A stretch of DNA of 64,000 nt from Phycisphaerae bacterium (GTDB taxonomy: Bacteria; Planctomycetota; Phycisphaerae; UBA1845; Fen-1342). The translations under genes and the position numbers were made by a program. The stretch is from positions 5,971 through 69,970 of the forward strand of contig JAJVHV010000030.1 of the NCBI GenBank assembly GCA_022072445.1, written 5' to 3'. How positions within the stretch are numbered: position 1 is the stretch's first letter; the number at the start of each line of letters is the position of its first letter. Positions 1-10,451 of the stretch are shown one piece after another. The notes under the pieces were generated by a model. That model was not told the DNA's origin. It made no database searches and worked only from the letters and a program-made list of their open reading frames with translations.

Positions 1-175
1 CGACGTTTGGCGCGCCTGGCTGGCAGACAGCGCCGCCAGCCGGCCGTCAAAGCCGGGCGGCGAGTGAATGCCGCCGTCGCGCCGCGACGATAAAGTACGC
101 GGTGGACGCGCTATTCAGGCCGGCGCTGCCGTGGCGAGCGGTCGCCCAGGCGCCCGCCATCCAGACGGCGGCACG

Positions 176-2992
176 ATGCTCCCGATCAAGCTCCAGAATC
201 GTCAGAGTCAGAGCAAGCTGCTGGCGTTCATGACGGGCGCGTCGGCGACGGTGATCGTCGCGTGTCTGTACGCGGCGGGCTCGCTCGACTGGCTGGAGCT
301 GCGGTCGCTCGACCTGCGTTTTCGCCACACCAACTCGCTGCGGCCCGACCCGCGGATCGTCATCGTTGGCGTGTCCGACCGCGCGCTGGAGCTGATCGGC
401 CGCTGGCCCTGGTCGCGCGACCTTCAGGCCCGTCTGATCGACGTGCTCTGCGAAGCCGGCGCCAGCCAGGTGCTGGTCGACATCAACTGGATCGAGCACG
501 AGACGCGGCGCGACGAACTCCCGGCCGATCTCGACGTTGTCGCCGACCCGCGCGTGGCCGGCGCGCCGCCCGATGCCGCCCGCCGCCCCGATCTGGAACT
601 GCGCCAGGCGCTCCGCCGCGCCGGAAACGTCATCGTCGCCACCGTGTTCGGCTCAGGCACGGCGGCGAGTGCGTCGCCCGACGAGCTGGCCATCGTCGCC
701 TACCAGCGCCGTATTCGCGATTGGCTCTCGGCCCACCCGGAGAACCACGACGCGCCGCATCGCTGGTTCGGCCAGCTCTTCGCCGCGCTGACCGACGCGG
801 CCATCGAGGACGACACCAGCGCCAAGGCACGCATCGTCGAGGCGCTGCGGCGCGAGCTGGGGCTCGCCGCCACGCTGGCCCACGGCTTCCCATCCTCGCC
901 ACGACTTGCCGCCGCCGTGCGATCCGGTCGGCGCATCACCCCCGTCCATTTCCGCCTGGCTTCAGCGGCGGCGCACGCCGGTTTCGTCAACTGGGAGCCG
1001 GACGGCGACGGTGTCGTCCGCAGGCAGGTGCTGCTCGCGGAGCAGGACGGCGTCGTACTGCCGCAGCTCGCCCTGGCCGGAGCCATGGCCGCGCTTCAGC
1101 TGACCGCCGACGACCTCTCGGCCACTCCCGGCACACTGACCATCGCCCGGCAGCCGGCCGACGGCGGACCGTGCCACATCCAGATCGAGGAGCGCGCCGC
1201 GCGGCGCGGCGAGATGGTCATTCCCTGGATCGCCGGACAGCGCTGGGAGGACCAGTTCCGCCAGGTCAGCGCCGACGCCGCCTGGCAGGTCTGCGATCGC
1301 CGCCGCATGATCGCCGAGAACGCCCGTGTGATGCGCGACACGCGCGAGCGGACCCTCAGCGAGCTGATACCGAATTCCGACGAGTATGTCGTGCTGCTCG
1401 GCACCTACAAGGATGCTGAGAGCGCCGGGCAACAGACCCGGCTTGGCGACGACCTGGCGGCGACCCGCGCCGCGGAGACGCGTTGCGCCGCGCTGCTGGA
1501 GCAGATCGAGGCCTTCGAGGCCGCCGCCATCGCTCGGACGCGCGCCCGCCTGGCTGAGATCGACCCCATCCCCTACGCGCAGCGCGAGGCCGAAACCGAC
1601 ACGCTCGAGCATCTGCTGCGCGAACTGGAAAAAACCGGGCGCGCCGCCGCCGCAAATCGCGCGCTGGAGCTCGAAACGCGCGGCGTGCTGGAGCGGCTCC
1701 GCTCCGCGATCGACGGCGGAATCTGCCTCTTGGGGTACACCGCCACGGCAACCGCCGACATGGCCCCCACGCCGACGCATCCGCGTGCGCCTGGCGTGAT
1801 GGCGCATGCCAGCATTCTCAACGGCCTGCTCACCGGCCGGACGATCCGCTGGGCACCCGCCTTGGCGAACTTCGCCGCCACCCTCGTCCTCGGTCTGCTC
1901 ACTGCGCTGGTCGCCGGGGCCCGCCCGCTCCGCGACGGCGCCCTCACGGCCGTCACGCTCGCACTGCTCAGCGTTGGAGCCGCGGCGTGGCTCTTCTGGG
2001 CGCACGCCTACTGGCTGGCCGTCGTGCCAGCGCTGGCGGCGGTCGGACTCTCCTTCGTCACGATCTCGCTCTACCGCTACGCCTTCGCCGACCGCGAACG
2101 CCGCCAACTGGCCAACGCGCTCAGCCAGTACACCTCGCGGGCCATGGCCCGGCAGATGGCGCAGAACCCCGAGCTCTGTCGCCGGGCCGAAACACGCGAG
2201 GTCACGGCGATCTTCACCGACCTCCGCGGATTCACACCCCTCTCCGAACGCGTCGGGGCCGCCCGCACCCAGCAACTACTCAACATCTGCCTCGGCGAAC
2301 TCACCGCCGTCATGCTGCGGCACGAGGCCTTGGTGAACAAGTTCATCGGCGACGGCATCTTCGCCTTTTGGAATCCGGTCATCTATCCGCAAGCCGACCA
2401 CGCCCGCCGTGCCTGCGAGACGGCCCTGGACCTGCACACGGCACTCCGCGCCCTGATCGAACGGCAGGCCGCGATCGGCGGCGACGACGCCTTTGCTGAG
2501 CTGGAGCTGCGCGTCGGTGTCGCGACCGGCAGCGCCGTGGTCGGGCCGTGCGGCTCGGAGCAGAAGTACGACTACACGTGCATCGGCGACTCGGTGAACG
2601 TCGCCTCGCGACTCGAATCCGCCAACAAATTTTTCGGAACTCGCTGCCTGGTGAGTTCCGAGACGCGCGCCGCGGCCGGTCCGGGCCTGGTCTACCGCCG
2701 GCTCGGTGTCGTGCAGGTGCGCGGCAAACGTCAGCCGATCGAAGCGCTCGAACTGGTCGGCCGCGACGGGCGATTGCCCGCCGCGGAGCTGGCGTACGCC
2801 GCGGCGTTTAGTGCCGCGGTTGACGCGTTCTGCGCCGGCCGCTGGGCCGATGCCGCCGCGGGCTTCGAGAGCTGCCGGGCGCTGCGTGCCGCGGACGGCC
2901 TGGCGCGCTATTACTCGCTGCGCGCCAAGGCGCTGCTCGCCAGCCCCCCGGCCGATGGTTGGACGCCGATCATCGAGCTGAATGAAAAGTAG
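176..2992 (+). CDS. CHASE2 sensor domain-containing class III adenylate/guanylate cyclase
   Basis: ORF 68..2992; probable start ATG 176 (MLPIKLQ.. then a TM helix). CHASE2-type IVIVGVSDRALELIGRWPWSRD, C-terminal TM cluster, then cyclase core FTDLRGFTPLSE / FIGDGIFAFWN / YTCIGDSVNVASRLE. Confidence 0.85.
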   Translation: MLPIKLQNRQSQSKLLAFMTGASATVIVACLYAAGSLDWLELRSLDLRFRHTNSLRPDPRIVIVGVSDRALELIGRWPWSRDLQARLIDVLCEAGASQVLVDINWIEHETRRDELPADLDVVADPRVAGAPPDAARRPDLELRQALRRAGNVIVATVFGSGTAASASPDELAIVAYQRRIRDWLSAHPENHDAPHRWFGQLFAALTDAAIEDDTSAKARIVEALRRELGLAATLAHGFPSSPRLAAAVRSGRRITPVHFRLASAAAHAGFVNWEPDGDGVVRRQVLLAEQDGVVLPQLALAGAMAALQLTADDLSATPGTLTIARQPADGGPCHIQIEERAARRGEMVIPWIAGQRWEDQFRQVSADAAWQVCDRRRMIAENARVMRDTRERTLSELIPNSDEYVVLLGTYKDAESAGQQTRLGDDLAATRAAETRCAALLEQIEAFEAAAIARTRARLAEIDPIPYAQREAETDTLEHLLRELEKTGRAAAANRALELETRGVLERLRSAIDGGICLLGYTATATADMAPTPTHPRAPGVMAHASILNGLLTGRTIRWAPALANFAATLVLGLLTALVAGARPLRDGALTAVTLALLSVGAAAWLFWAHAYWLAVVPALAAVGLSFVTISLYRYAFADRERRQLANALSQYTSRAMARQMAQNPELCRRAETREVTAIFTDLRGFTPLSERVGAARTQQLLNICLGELTAVMLRHEALVNKFIGDGIFAFWNPVIYPQADHARRACETALDLHTALRALIERQAAIGGDDAFAELELRVGVATGSAVVGPCGSEQKYDYTCIGDSVNVASRLESANKFFGTRCLVSSETRAAAGPGLVYRRLGVVQVRGKRQPIEALELVGRDGRLPAAELAYAAAFSAAVDAFCAGRWADAAAGFESCRALRAADGLARYYSLRAKALLASPPADGWTPIIELNEK

Positions 2993-3067
2993 CGGCGCAT
3001 CGGCGCGCCGCTACGTGCGAGCTCGTCTTGCTCTATCGGACCGCGGTCGATCGCGCGGGCTGCCGGA

Positions 3068-3508
3068 TCAGCAGCCGCCGCCGGTCAAGGCGTCGACGAA
3101 CGGCTCCACGTCGAATCCGTTGACCGAACCGTCGTCATTGGCGTCGCCCGCGCACGGCGCGCAAGGCGTGCCGGAGCCGGTCAGCAGCCCGACAAAAGGC
3201 TCAACGTCAAACCCATTCACCGAGCCGTCGCAGTTCGCGTCGCACGGGACGAACCCGGCGCACGGGTCGCCGGCGACGGCGCCGTTCCAGAAACCGCCGA
3301 CCAGTTCAAACGTCCCGCCCGTCATCGGTGCCGCCGGCGAGTTGGCGTCGGGCTGGCCGATCGTTCCGGAAAGGACGAACGTGCCCCCCGAACTCGTCCC
3401 GCCGCCGCCGTCGATGGTGTACCAATTGATGTCGTAAGTCTGTGAGCTGGCAGTGGATACGGTCGTGATCAGCGCCGCGATCGCGGCAGCGCGCAATTTC
3501 CGCGTCAT
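3068..3508 (-). CDS. secreted protein with two dockerin/EF-hand-like Ca-binding repeats
   Basis: ORF 3068..3562; probable start ATG 3508 (MTRKLRAAAIAALITTVSTASS signal peptide). Gly-rich beta domain ending GGFW, then duplicated DAN(C/D)DGSVNGFDVEPFV motif. Confidence 0.65.
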   Translation of the reverse strand: MTRKLRAAAIAALITTVSTASSQTYDINWYTIDGGGGTSSGGTFVLSGTIGQPDANSPAAPMTGGTFELVGGFWNGAVAGDPCAGFVPCDANCDGSVNGFDVEPFVGLLTGSGTPCAPCAGDANDDGSVNGFDVEPFVDALTGGGC

Positions 3509-3778
3509 GCGAATCTCCAGTGGCACTCCGCTAGTGTAGCGAATCGGCGCGACGAACTGCAACCGTCGCCCTTGGCCCGAGGCCGCTGTGCCATAAACGG
3601 CTCTCTATCTGATAAACGCAAAAACCGGCCAGCATCTGACATCTTTTTGTCGCGTTGCCCACGCGCGCCGATCTCAAACGCCCGGGCCCATCACCACAGG
3701 AGCACCGCGTAGGCCCGGCACAGCGTCCACCTCGGATCATAAGTGCTAGTATATTCAGATGTTATGCCAGTTACCGAA

Positions 3779-6250
3779 TCACGGTGCCGGTCGCTCGCCC
3801 GCCATCTTCACGCCCGCGTCGAGCGGCCGCAAATAGAGCCCATACGCACCGCCCACGTTCGTCACCTTCACCAGCACCCGGTTCCAGCCCGCACGCAGCG
3901 GCGCCCGGAAGATCGCCTGAAGCGGGACGGCGGCATGCGGGCCGGCGTCTTCATGCACCACAGCGTCGTTCACCCAGATGCGGCAGCCGTCGTCGCAGCC
4001 CACGGCCATCCGGATCGTACGCTCGTCGGGCGACTGAATGAAACACTGTGCATACGCCGCCGCGTTCTCGCCGGCCTTCTTCTCCGGATTGATCGCACGC
4101 AGGTCGAGATATCCGCTGCGCCCCGCTTTGAGCGGCTTCCAGCCGACCTTCGTGCCATCCTTGCCGGCATACTCGGCCGCCGGGTCGTCGCCGGTCTCCG
4201 GGCTGGTCGCTCCGGGCGCCGGCGTGAGCGGGAAGTAGCCGGCCACGCGCCAGTCGCGGACGTATTCGCCCGGCAGCAGCGCCTCGATTTCGTCGCGATA
4301 CCTCGACACCAACTTCGCGCCCGCCGCGTCCACAAACGCCAGCACGCGATCGACACTGCCCTGCGGCGCGCTCGCCGCCATCGCGTGCAGAAGCGCCACC
4401 TGAAACGCCGGGTCGCCGGTCGCGGACGCAAGCGTGGCTTCCAGATCGGCGAGCAGCGCGGCATCCTTCAACTGCTCGCAGGCCCGCGCCGCGGCCAGCC
4501 GCACGCTGCGCTGCTCGTCGGCCAGCGCCGCCCGCGCCAGCCCCGCCGCCGACGGGTGCTTCCGCTCCGCCGCCGCGTAAATCAGCATGGCCCGCTCGGC
4601 GGGGCGCCAGTCGTGGAATGAATCGGGCGTTAGCGCGTCGGGTTTCCGCTGCACCAGCGCCAGCGCCTGGTCCGCGACCGAGGTGACCGTGCCATCGCCA
4701 TCCGCGTCGATCCAGACCGGATTAGCGATCGCGATCGGCCGCGCCGGGCGGTCCTGATCGTGCACAATCGGCGCCAGCGATTCGTCACCCTCGACCAGCA
4801 CCGCCAGCCACGCGTCTCGCCCCACTTCCAGCTCGCGCTTGGCCGCGAAGCGCCGAACGTCGCGCGACTGCGGCACCGCGATCGTCTCGATCACGTCGCC
4901 GTTCATGACGATCTTCACGCGGTCGCAGTCGATCCACGAGGCGGCCTGCACCTTGATGCTGAGCGTCACCTTGCCGAACATCGCCGCGATCTGCGCGCCC
5001 ATCGGCTCGCCGTTCGCCCAGTACTCGACGAACGGACCCGTGCTCGCAAAGCTCTGCTGGTGTCGCAGCGCCGTCGCCACGTCGGCCGGCTGGATCGCCG
5101 CCGGATCGTCGGTCGGACTGCGCACGAAGTTGCGCGGCCAGGCCGGCAGCGCCGAGTGCACGTTGTGGCTGTCCGAATTCCCCACCGCCGTGTAGCGCTC
5201 CCCGCGGTTCAGCAGGTTGAACCAGTCGCGCGTCACCGAGTACTTGGCGTCGCCGACCGAAAAGGCCTGCGGCAGGTCGGCGTCTTCATAGCCCCAGCCG
5301 ACGTTTTCATTCATGACTTCGATCGTGTCGAAATCCGCCGAGTAGTTCTCGCTGCGCGGCAACCCGGTCACCGGGTCCAGTCGGGCGCGGCCGAAATAAT
5401 CGATGTTGCCCCAGCGCGGGTGATTGAGCTGAATCACCGGCCGCACGCCAAACTTGTTCGGCTCCTCGCGAATGAGCTTGAAAAGCTGGTTGGCGTTGTA
5501 ACTCATCGGCGGCGGCACGGCCCGCTCCGGATCGAGCGGAAACGCGTTGAAGTGCCCGACCGGCGTCGAGACCTCGTTTCCGACCACGGTCGTCACCTGC
5601 CCCTGCTGCCCCAGCTCGCGCAGCGTCGGCTCGTAGTCGATGTTGTGGTTGTGATCGGTCGCGACGGCGAATTCGAGCCCCTCGCCGATGAACGAGATCA
5701 CGCGCTCCTTCATGTTCGCGTCGCCGTGGCCCGAGTGCGTCAGCGTGTGCAGGTGAAAATCGCCGCTGATCCAGCCGGCCGTGTCCACCTCGTGCCACAG
5801 TTCGGCGTTGAATTCGGCCGTCTCGCCCGCGCGAATCTCGATGGGCTGCTCGACGATCGACCACTCCATGCCGCGCGAGGCATAGGCCTTGTACGTGCCG
5901 ACGGGCACGGTTACTAGCGCTTCGCCCGTCAGCGAATAAATGATGTTGTTGCGGATCGCCAGTTCATTCGGCGCCACCTGGGTGTTGGGGAACAGCTTCG
6001 CGCTGGGCCCCTTCTCGCCCAGCAGCGTCAGCCGCGAGGCGAGCGGCTTGCCTTTGGGGTCGGTGATCTTGAACTTCAGAATGCCGCTTGGCGCATCCGC
6101 AGCCGCCGTCGCCAGCGGCGTCTGCGCCCGCGCCGAAGGACTGGCGAACAGGATAGCGGCCGCGACGGGAACGGCGGCCAGCACAGCGTGAAACGCCGCG
6201 GGCAGCAGGGCGGTCAGCGCGGCGTGCCGTGCAGACGTTCGAGCGAGCAT
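3779..6250 (-). CDS. secreted PHP-family (CehA/McbA-like) metallophosphoesterase with HEAT-like repeats and C-terminal beta-sandwich domain
   Basis: ORF 3779..6538; probable start ATG 6250 (MLARTSARHAALTALL.. signal peptide). PHP-type His clusters ISGDFHLHTLTHSGHGD, VATDHNHN, GNSDSHN. Helical repeat region, then a C-terminal GWNRVLVKVTNVGGAYGLYLRP domain. Confidence 0.7.
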   Translation of the reverse strand: MLARTSARHAALTALLPAAFHAVLAAVPVAAAILFASPSARAQTPLATAAADAPSGILKFKITDPKGKPLASRLTLLGEKGPSAKLFPNTQVAPNELAIRNNIIYSLTGEALVTVPVGTYKAYASRGMEWSIVEQPIEIRAGETAEFNAELWHEVDTAGWISGDFHLHTLTHSGHGDANMKERVISFIGEGLEFAVATDHNHNIDYEPTLRELGQQGQVTTVVGNEVSTPVGHFNAFPLDPERAVPPPMSYNANQLFKLIREEPNKFGVRPVIQLNHPRWGNIDYFGRARLDPVTGLPRSENYSADFDTIEVMNENVGWGYEDADLPQAFSVGDAKYSVTRDWFNLLNRGERYTAVGNSDSHNVHSALPAWPRNFVRSPTDDPAAIQPADVATALRHQQSFASTGPFVEYWANGEPMGAQIAAMFGKVTLSIKVQAASWIDCDRVKIVMNGDVIETIAVPQSRDVRRFAAKRELEVGRDAWLAVLVEGDESLAPIVHDQDRPARPIAIANPVWIDADGDGTVTSVADQALALVQRKPDALTPDSFHDWRPAERAMLIYAAAERKHPSAAGLARAALADEQRSVRLAAARACEQLKDAALLADLEATLASATGDPAFQVALLHAMAASAPQGSVDRVLAFVDAAGAKLVSRYRDEIEALLPGEYVRDWRVAGYFPLTPAPGATSPETGDDPAAEYAGKDGTKVGWKPLKAGRSGYLDLRAINPEKKAGENAAAYAQCFIQSPDERTIRMAVGCDDGCRIWVNDAVVHEDAGPHAAVPLQAIFRAPLRAGWNRVLVKVTNVGGAYGLYLRPLDAGVKMAGERPAP

Positions 6251-6602
6251 GACGGTACTCCTTTCCGCGAAAACGCCGCGGCGGCGGACGGGCGGCGGGC
6301 AGCGGGGGACCCAACCAAAGTCAGTCGAGGCCCGACCTCGATAGAATCCTCTCCTCAGTTCCGGCGGCAGAGCCACGGAATCGCCCCGGCCCGGTTCGCA
6401 GCGATCATATCGCGCGCCGCCGCAGGTCGGACAGGCTTTGGCAGCCAAACTTGCGCAATCTTGATCGAATGTGGATCGTCCCGTTCCGCCCCAAAACGAG
6501 CGGCGGCGGGACGTATCCCGCCGCCGCGTGGCTTTCACTCAGTTCCAGGCCGTCCGAGCCGGCCCGGCGATCGCCAGTCCCGGCCGAACGGCGTTGGCGT
6601 CG

Positions 6603-9359
6603 CTAGTGTGCGACCGCTCCAATCCCATCGACGATGAGCTGGAGCGGATCGCCGATCGGCAACACGAACAGGTCGGCGTTGACCAGCTCGTTGCGCAGCG
6701 GCAGCGGGCCGGGGCCGTCGAAGTCGATCGGCGCCTCGACGTTGTGGATGCTGCCGAACACCAGGTTCAGCAGCGCCAGCGACATGAACGGGTTGACGCG
6801 CGTCGCGCCGTTCAGCGCGTTGGCACCGTTGAAGAACTCCGGCGGTGCGAAGGCGGCCAGCAGGTTGACCGTCACGTTGGGCCGGCCGAAACGGAACGCG
6901 TTCAGGCGCGGCTTGAGGTTGCGGGCCACCAGCGCGACGCCGTTCAGCAGCTTCGGCGTGCTCGCCTGCCAGTCGATGTCCTGTGGTGCCGGGAAGCCGT
7001 TGTTGTCGGCGCGGCGGTAGTAGCGTTCGACGAACGTGGAGCGCCAATCGGCCGGGTTGTGCAGGAATTCGCGGAAGTCGAAGACCGGCTCGCCGGCATC
7101 CTGGACGTTGTTGTTATTGAAATCATCGTAGTACGGCGCGCCGTCCGCATCGTAGCCCGGGTTGGCGACGTGCGTGCCGAAGAAGTGCGTCGAGGTCTCG
7201 GGCGCCAGCGTGATGCCCAGAATGGCGGTCGGCGAGATCAGGACGTTGGTCGTCTCGTCGCCTGGCGTAAGCTGCAGCGGGGCGCCGTTGGGGCTGATGA
7301 GCTGGAAGAATCCGGTGCTGTTCGAATCGGGCAGGAACATCACAAAGTACGTGCCCTCGGGGTTGTACGTCGCCACACCCTCGACAAAGTCAACCTGCAC
7401 CGGTTCGCCGTCCGGGCCGAACTGATCCATCAGCACAAAGGCGCTGAAGTTCGGCGGGTTGGTCTCCGGATCGGCCGGCTGGCTGGGATCGAAGTCGGGG
7501 TTCTGAATCCGCAACGCGGGTGCGCCCGGATAGCCCGTGAACGTCTGGGAGAACGCGTCGCCAAACGCCTCGCCATTGACCGTCTCGAACACGGATCCGT
7601 CCATGACGTCGACGATCTGGCGAATACCCTTGCGATTGTGCAGCGGCCGGCCATTGCGACGATCGATGAACTCGACGGCCTGCCCACCCGGCGTCGGGTT
7701 GGCAAATCCGAGGAAGTAGCCGCCGGTGCCGTTACTAATGAAGCGGGCGCTGCTGACGCTGCCGTTGCTGTCCTGAATGATGTCGACGGTGACCGGCGCG
7801 GCGTTGGGGTTCTGGAAGCCGTCCTCGGTGGCCAGGGCGAAAACCTGCGCGGGACCGGAGCGGCTGAACGGCAAATGCGCACGCTGCGCGCGGATGAAGC
7901 GCGCGAACTCGTCCAGGCTGGGAACGCGATCCAGCAGGATACCGGCGTAGATCTCGTCGAACGACGGCTCGGCAGTCGGCGCGAGGAAGTCAATCATCAG
8001 CTTGCGCACGTCGGCCTTGTGCTGCTCGAAGTTGCCGTCGAAGTTAAACATGCCCAGCATCTGAATCTGCTCGTGCAGCAGACCCAGGTTGACCTCGACC
8101 GGGTTGCCGTCGATGCCCAGGAACACCTCGCTGGGCGGTTCGCCCGGGCCATTCGGCCGGACGAACATATAGCGCGCCCCCATGCCGTACTCGAGGTTCA
8201 CGACGATCGCGTGCAGCCCCGACAGGTCGATCGTCTTGCCGTCGAGGAAGAGCTGCGCGAGCTGCGTCAGGATGTGCTCGGAGAAAATCGGCCCGCGGCC
8301 CGGACCGCCGCTCAGATCCTCTTCCGGGAAATTGCGGTCAAACTCGCTGATCGTGGAGTAGTAGAGATCTGGACCCGTAACCGGCACACCCTGTGCCGCG
8401 TCGTCGCCGTGCTCAAAGTGAAAATCCTGGAACGCGACCTTCTGCACCGCCGGCAGCGAACCCAGGAACGAGAGGTCGATGCCGCCCGCGTCGTCGGCGA
8501 TCACGAACCCGCCGCGCAGCATGATCTGCGCCGCGGCCACGACCACGTCGTCAACCGTGTCGGCCTGCGAAAGCTGCACGTTCGCCGCCGCCATGTCCAT
8601 CGCGCGTCGGGCGGCGTCGGGAATAACCGTGTCGAAGAGCGAAGCGAGCACGTCGTCGGCCAGACCCAGCAGCTCGTCGATCGTGATCTCCTCATCTACG
8701 CCCGAATCGCTGAAGAGATTCTCGAACGCGTCGCGGATGCGCGCGACCAGGCCAGAAAGGCTCAGCTCGAATTCGCGCGGGTCGAGGCCGACCGAGACGA
8801 GCATCGCGCGAATCTTGGCGTGAATCAGCGTGCTCAGCGGGTCGACCACGACGCCCGTCAGCGCACCGTCGGTCGAGTTCTCAGTCGCTGGAATGTTGAC
8901 GATCGTCTTCAGGTCGGCGTCCCCGTCGCCGTCAAAGTCCACGTTCAGCACGATGTCCACACCGACCGGCAGTCCGGAAACGCTGAACGACCCGTCGGTT
9001 GCGATACTGAAGCTGGGATACGGCTCGCCGTTGGCGTCGAGCAGCGCGTCGCCATTGAGATCGGTGAACCACCCGGTGGCGTTCGTTGCGATCGCGCGGG
9101 AACGGAGCTTTCGCGCGGACGGGGAATCGCCGGCGTCGCTGGTGGTGGAAACGGAGTCCACGTTACCGCTCACGGAGCCGCCAAAACTCAGCGCCGTTGA
9201 CGAAACGTCGCCCGCCGCCCCGTCGGTCGAGCCACCCGTGCCGTCCGTCGTGCCGCCCGTGCCGTCGTCATCGCCGTCGTTGTTCCCCTGCTGCGGGCAG
9301 CCGGCAAGCAGCAGGCAGACCGCGAGGGGGGTGATTGCGTGAAGCCACCATCTGGTCAT
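6603..9359 (-). CDS. large lipoprotein of unknown function
   Basis: ORF 6603..9626; probable start ATG 9359 (MTRWWLHAITPLAVCLLLAGC lipobox), then an Asp/Gly/Thr-rich linker. No catalytic motif recognised. Confidence 0.65.
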   Translation of the reverse strand: MTRWWLHAITPLAVCLLLAGCPQQGNNDGDDDGTGGTTDGTGGSTDGAAGDVSSTALSFGGSVSGNVDSVSTTSDAGDSPSARKLRSRAIATNATGWFTDLNGDALLDANGEPYPSFSIATDGSFSVSGLPVGVDIVLNVDFDGDGDADLKTIVNIPATENSTDGALTGVVVDPLSTLIHAKIRAMLVSVGLDPREFELSLSGLVARIRDAFENLFSDSGVDEEITIDELLGLADDVLASLFDTVIPDAARRAMDMAAANVQLSQADTVDDVVVAAAQIMLRGGFVIADDAGGIDLSFLGSLPAVQKVAFQDFHFEHGDDAAQGVPVTGPDLYYSTISEFDRNFPEEDLSGGPGRGPIFSEHILTQLAQLFLDGKTIDLSGLHAIVVNLEYGMGARYMFVRPNGPGEPPSEVFLGIDGNPVEVNLGLLHEQIQMLGMFNFDGNFEQHKADVRKLMIDFLAPTAEPSFDEIYAGILLDRVPSLDEFARFIRAQRAHLPFSRSGPAQVFALATEDGFQNPNAAPVTVDIIQDSNGSVSSARFISNGTGGYFLGFANPTPGGQAVEFIDRRNGRPLHNRKGIRQIVDVMDGSVFETVNGEAFGDAFSQTFTGYPGAPALRIQNPDFDPSQPADPETNPPNFSAFVLMDQFGPDGEPVQVDFVEGVATYNPEGTYFVMFLPDSNSTGFFQLISPNGAPLQLTPGDETTNVLISPTAILGITLAPETSTHFFGTHVANPGYDADGAPYYDDFNNNNVQDAGEPVFDFREFLHNPADWRSTFVERYYRRADNNGFPAPQDIDWQASTPKLLNGVALVARNLKPRLNAFRFGRPNVTVNLLAAFAPPEFFNGANALNGATRVNPFMSLALLNLVFGSIHNVEAPIDFDGPGPLPLRNELVNADLFVLPIGDPLQLIVDGIGAVAH

Positions 9360-9653
9360 TGTTCCACGTCTCCTGAAGTGCCCGAAAGGTGCCGCGCAAC
9401 CTTTGCGCTGCACTGGCGGGGAACTTGACCCCGCGTCGAACACTTTGTCGTGACGCGCCCGCGAGAACTTGAAAACCGCTCGGAAATGGCGCGATTCTGC
9501 GCCCGGAACGGTTGAGCAGACCGACGCCGATCGGCATAATCGAGCGCTAGCGGGCGCCCGCGGGCCGGTGCGGGCCCGCGGCGGCGGCTGGAGTTCCGGC
9601 AAGGGCGCGCAGCGGCGCGCCGACACACGTCACCCTCTGCTCGAGAGTCTGTC

Positions 9654-10451
9654 ATGGCCAAGAAAAAGGCGGCACGGAAAGTGAAGAAGGCGAAGAAAGC
9701 CAAGAAGGGACTCAAGAAAGTCGCGATCGCCAAGGCGAAAAAATCCGCCCGAAAGCGCGCAGCGCGGCCGAAGGCGACCCGAAGCTCCAGGCCCGCCACC
9801 GCCCGCAAGAGCGCCGGCCGCACCGTCAAGAAAGCCGCCGCGACGCGCGCCCCGGCGGCCGGCCGAGCCGCCAGCACGCGCGTCGTGAAGTCCGCCAGCG
9901 CGGCCGAAACACGCGTCGCCGCCCGTGCGCCCGTTCCCCCGAAGATCGCGCCGCTGACACCCGCGGTCGGCGAGCCCGCGCCCGACTTCGCGCTGCAGGA
10001 CGAGCGCGGCAACACGCGCACGCTCAGTGCCTATCGCGGCCGCACGCTGGTGCTCTATTTCTATCCCAAGGACGACACGCCCGGCTGCACGCTTGAAGCC
10101 TGCGCGTTTCGCGATGCGTCCTCCGAGTTCGACGCTCTGGCCGCCGCCATCGTCGGCGTCTCGCCCGACACGTCGGAGAGTCATGCGGCTTTCGCGCAGA
10201 AGTTCAGCCTGCCGTTCACGCTGCTGGCCGATCCCGACCATCGCGTCTGCGAGAAATACGGCGTGTGGCGCGAGAAGAATCTCTACGGCGAGACGCGGAT
10301 GGGCGTGGTGCGGACGACGTTCGTCATCGACGAGAACGGCCGCGTCGCGCAGGTCTTCGAGGGCGTCCGGCCCGACGGGCACGACCGTGAAGTGCTGACC
10401 TGGCTGCGCTCGCGCCAGCCCGCGCCCAGCATCGCCCCGAGCGGGTATTGA
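9654..10451 (+). CDS. bcp: Bcp-type peroxiredoxin with ~100-aa Lys/Ala-rich N-terminal extension
   Basis: Core GEPAPDFALQDERG..LVLYFYPKDDTPGCTLEAC..GVSPDT..LLADPDH. The N-terminus MAKKKAARKVKKAKKAKKGLKK.. is in the same frame with no stop. Confidence 0.85.
   Translation: MAKKKAARKVKKAKKAKKGLKKVAIAKAKKSARKRAARPKATRSSRPATARKSAGRTVKKAAATRAPAAGRAASTRVVKSASAAETRVAARAPVPPKIAPLTPAVGEPAPDFALQDERGNTRTLSAYRGRTLVLYFYPKDDTPGCTLEACAFRDASSEFDALAAAIVGVSPDTSESHAAFAQKFSLPFTLLADPDHRVCEKYGVWREKNLYGETRMGVVRTTFVIDENGRVAQVFEGVRPDGHDREVLTWLRSRQPAPSIAPSGY

Noticed and set aside
6471-9200. 909-aa plus-strand ORF antisense to the large lipoprotein gene (similar cases: 28031-30817, 36716-39346, 40736-42253, 14282-16087)
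   Set aside because: These ORFs are antisense to genes with clear homology or signal peptides. Their translations are Arg/Val/Asp-rich with no domain signatures. High GC suppresses stop codons on the opposite strand.
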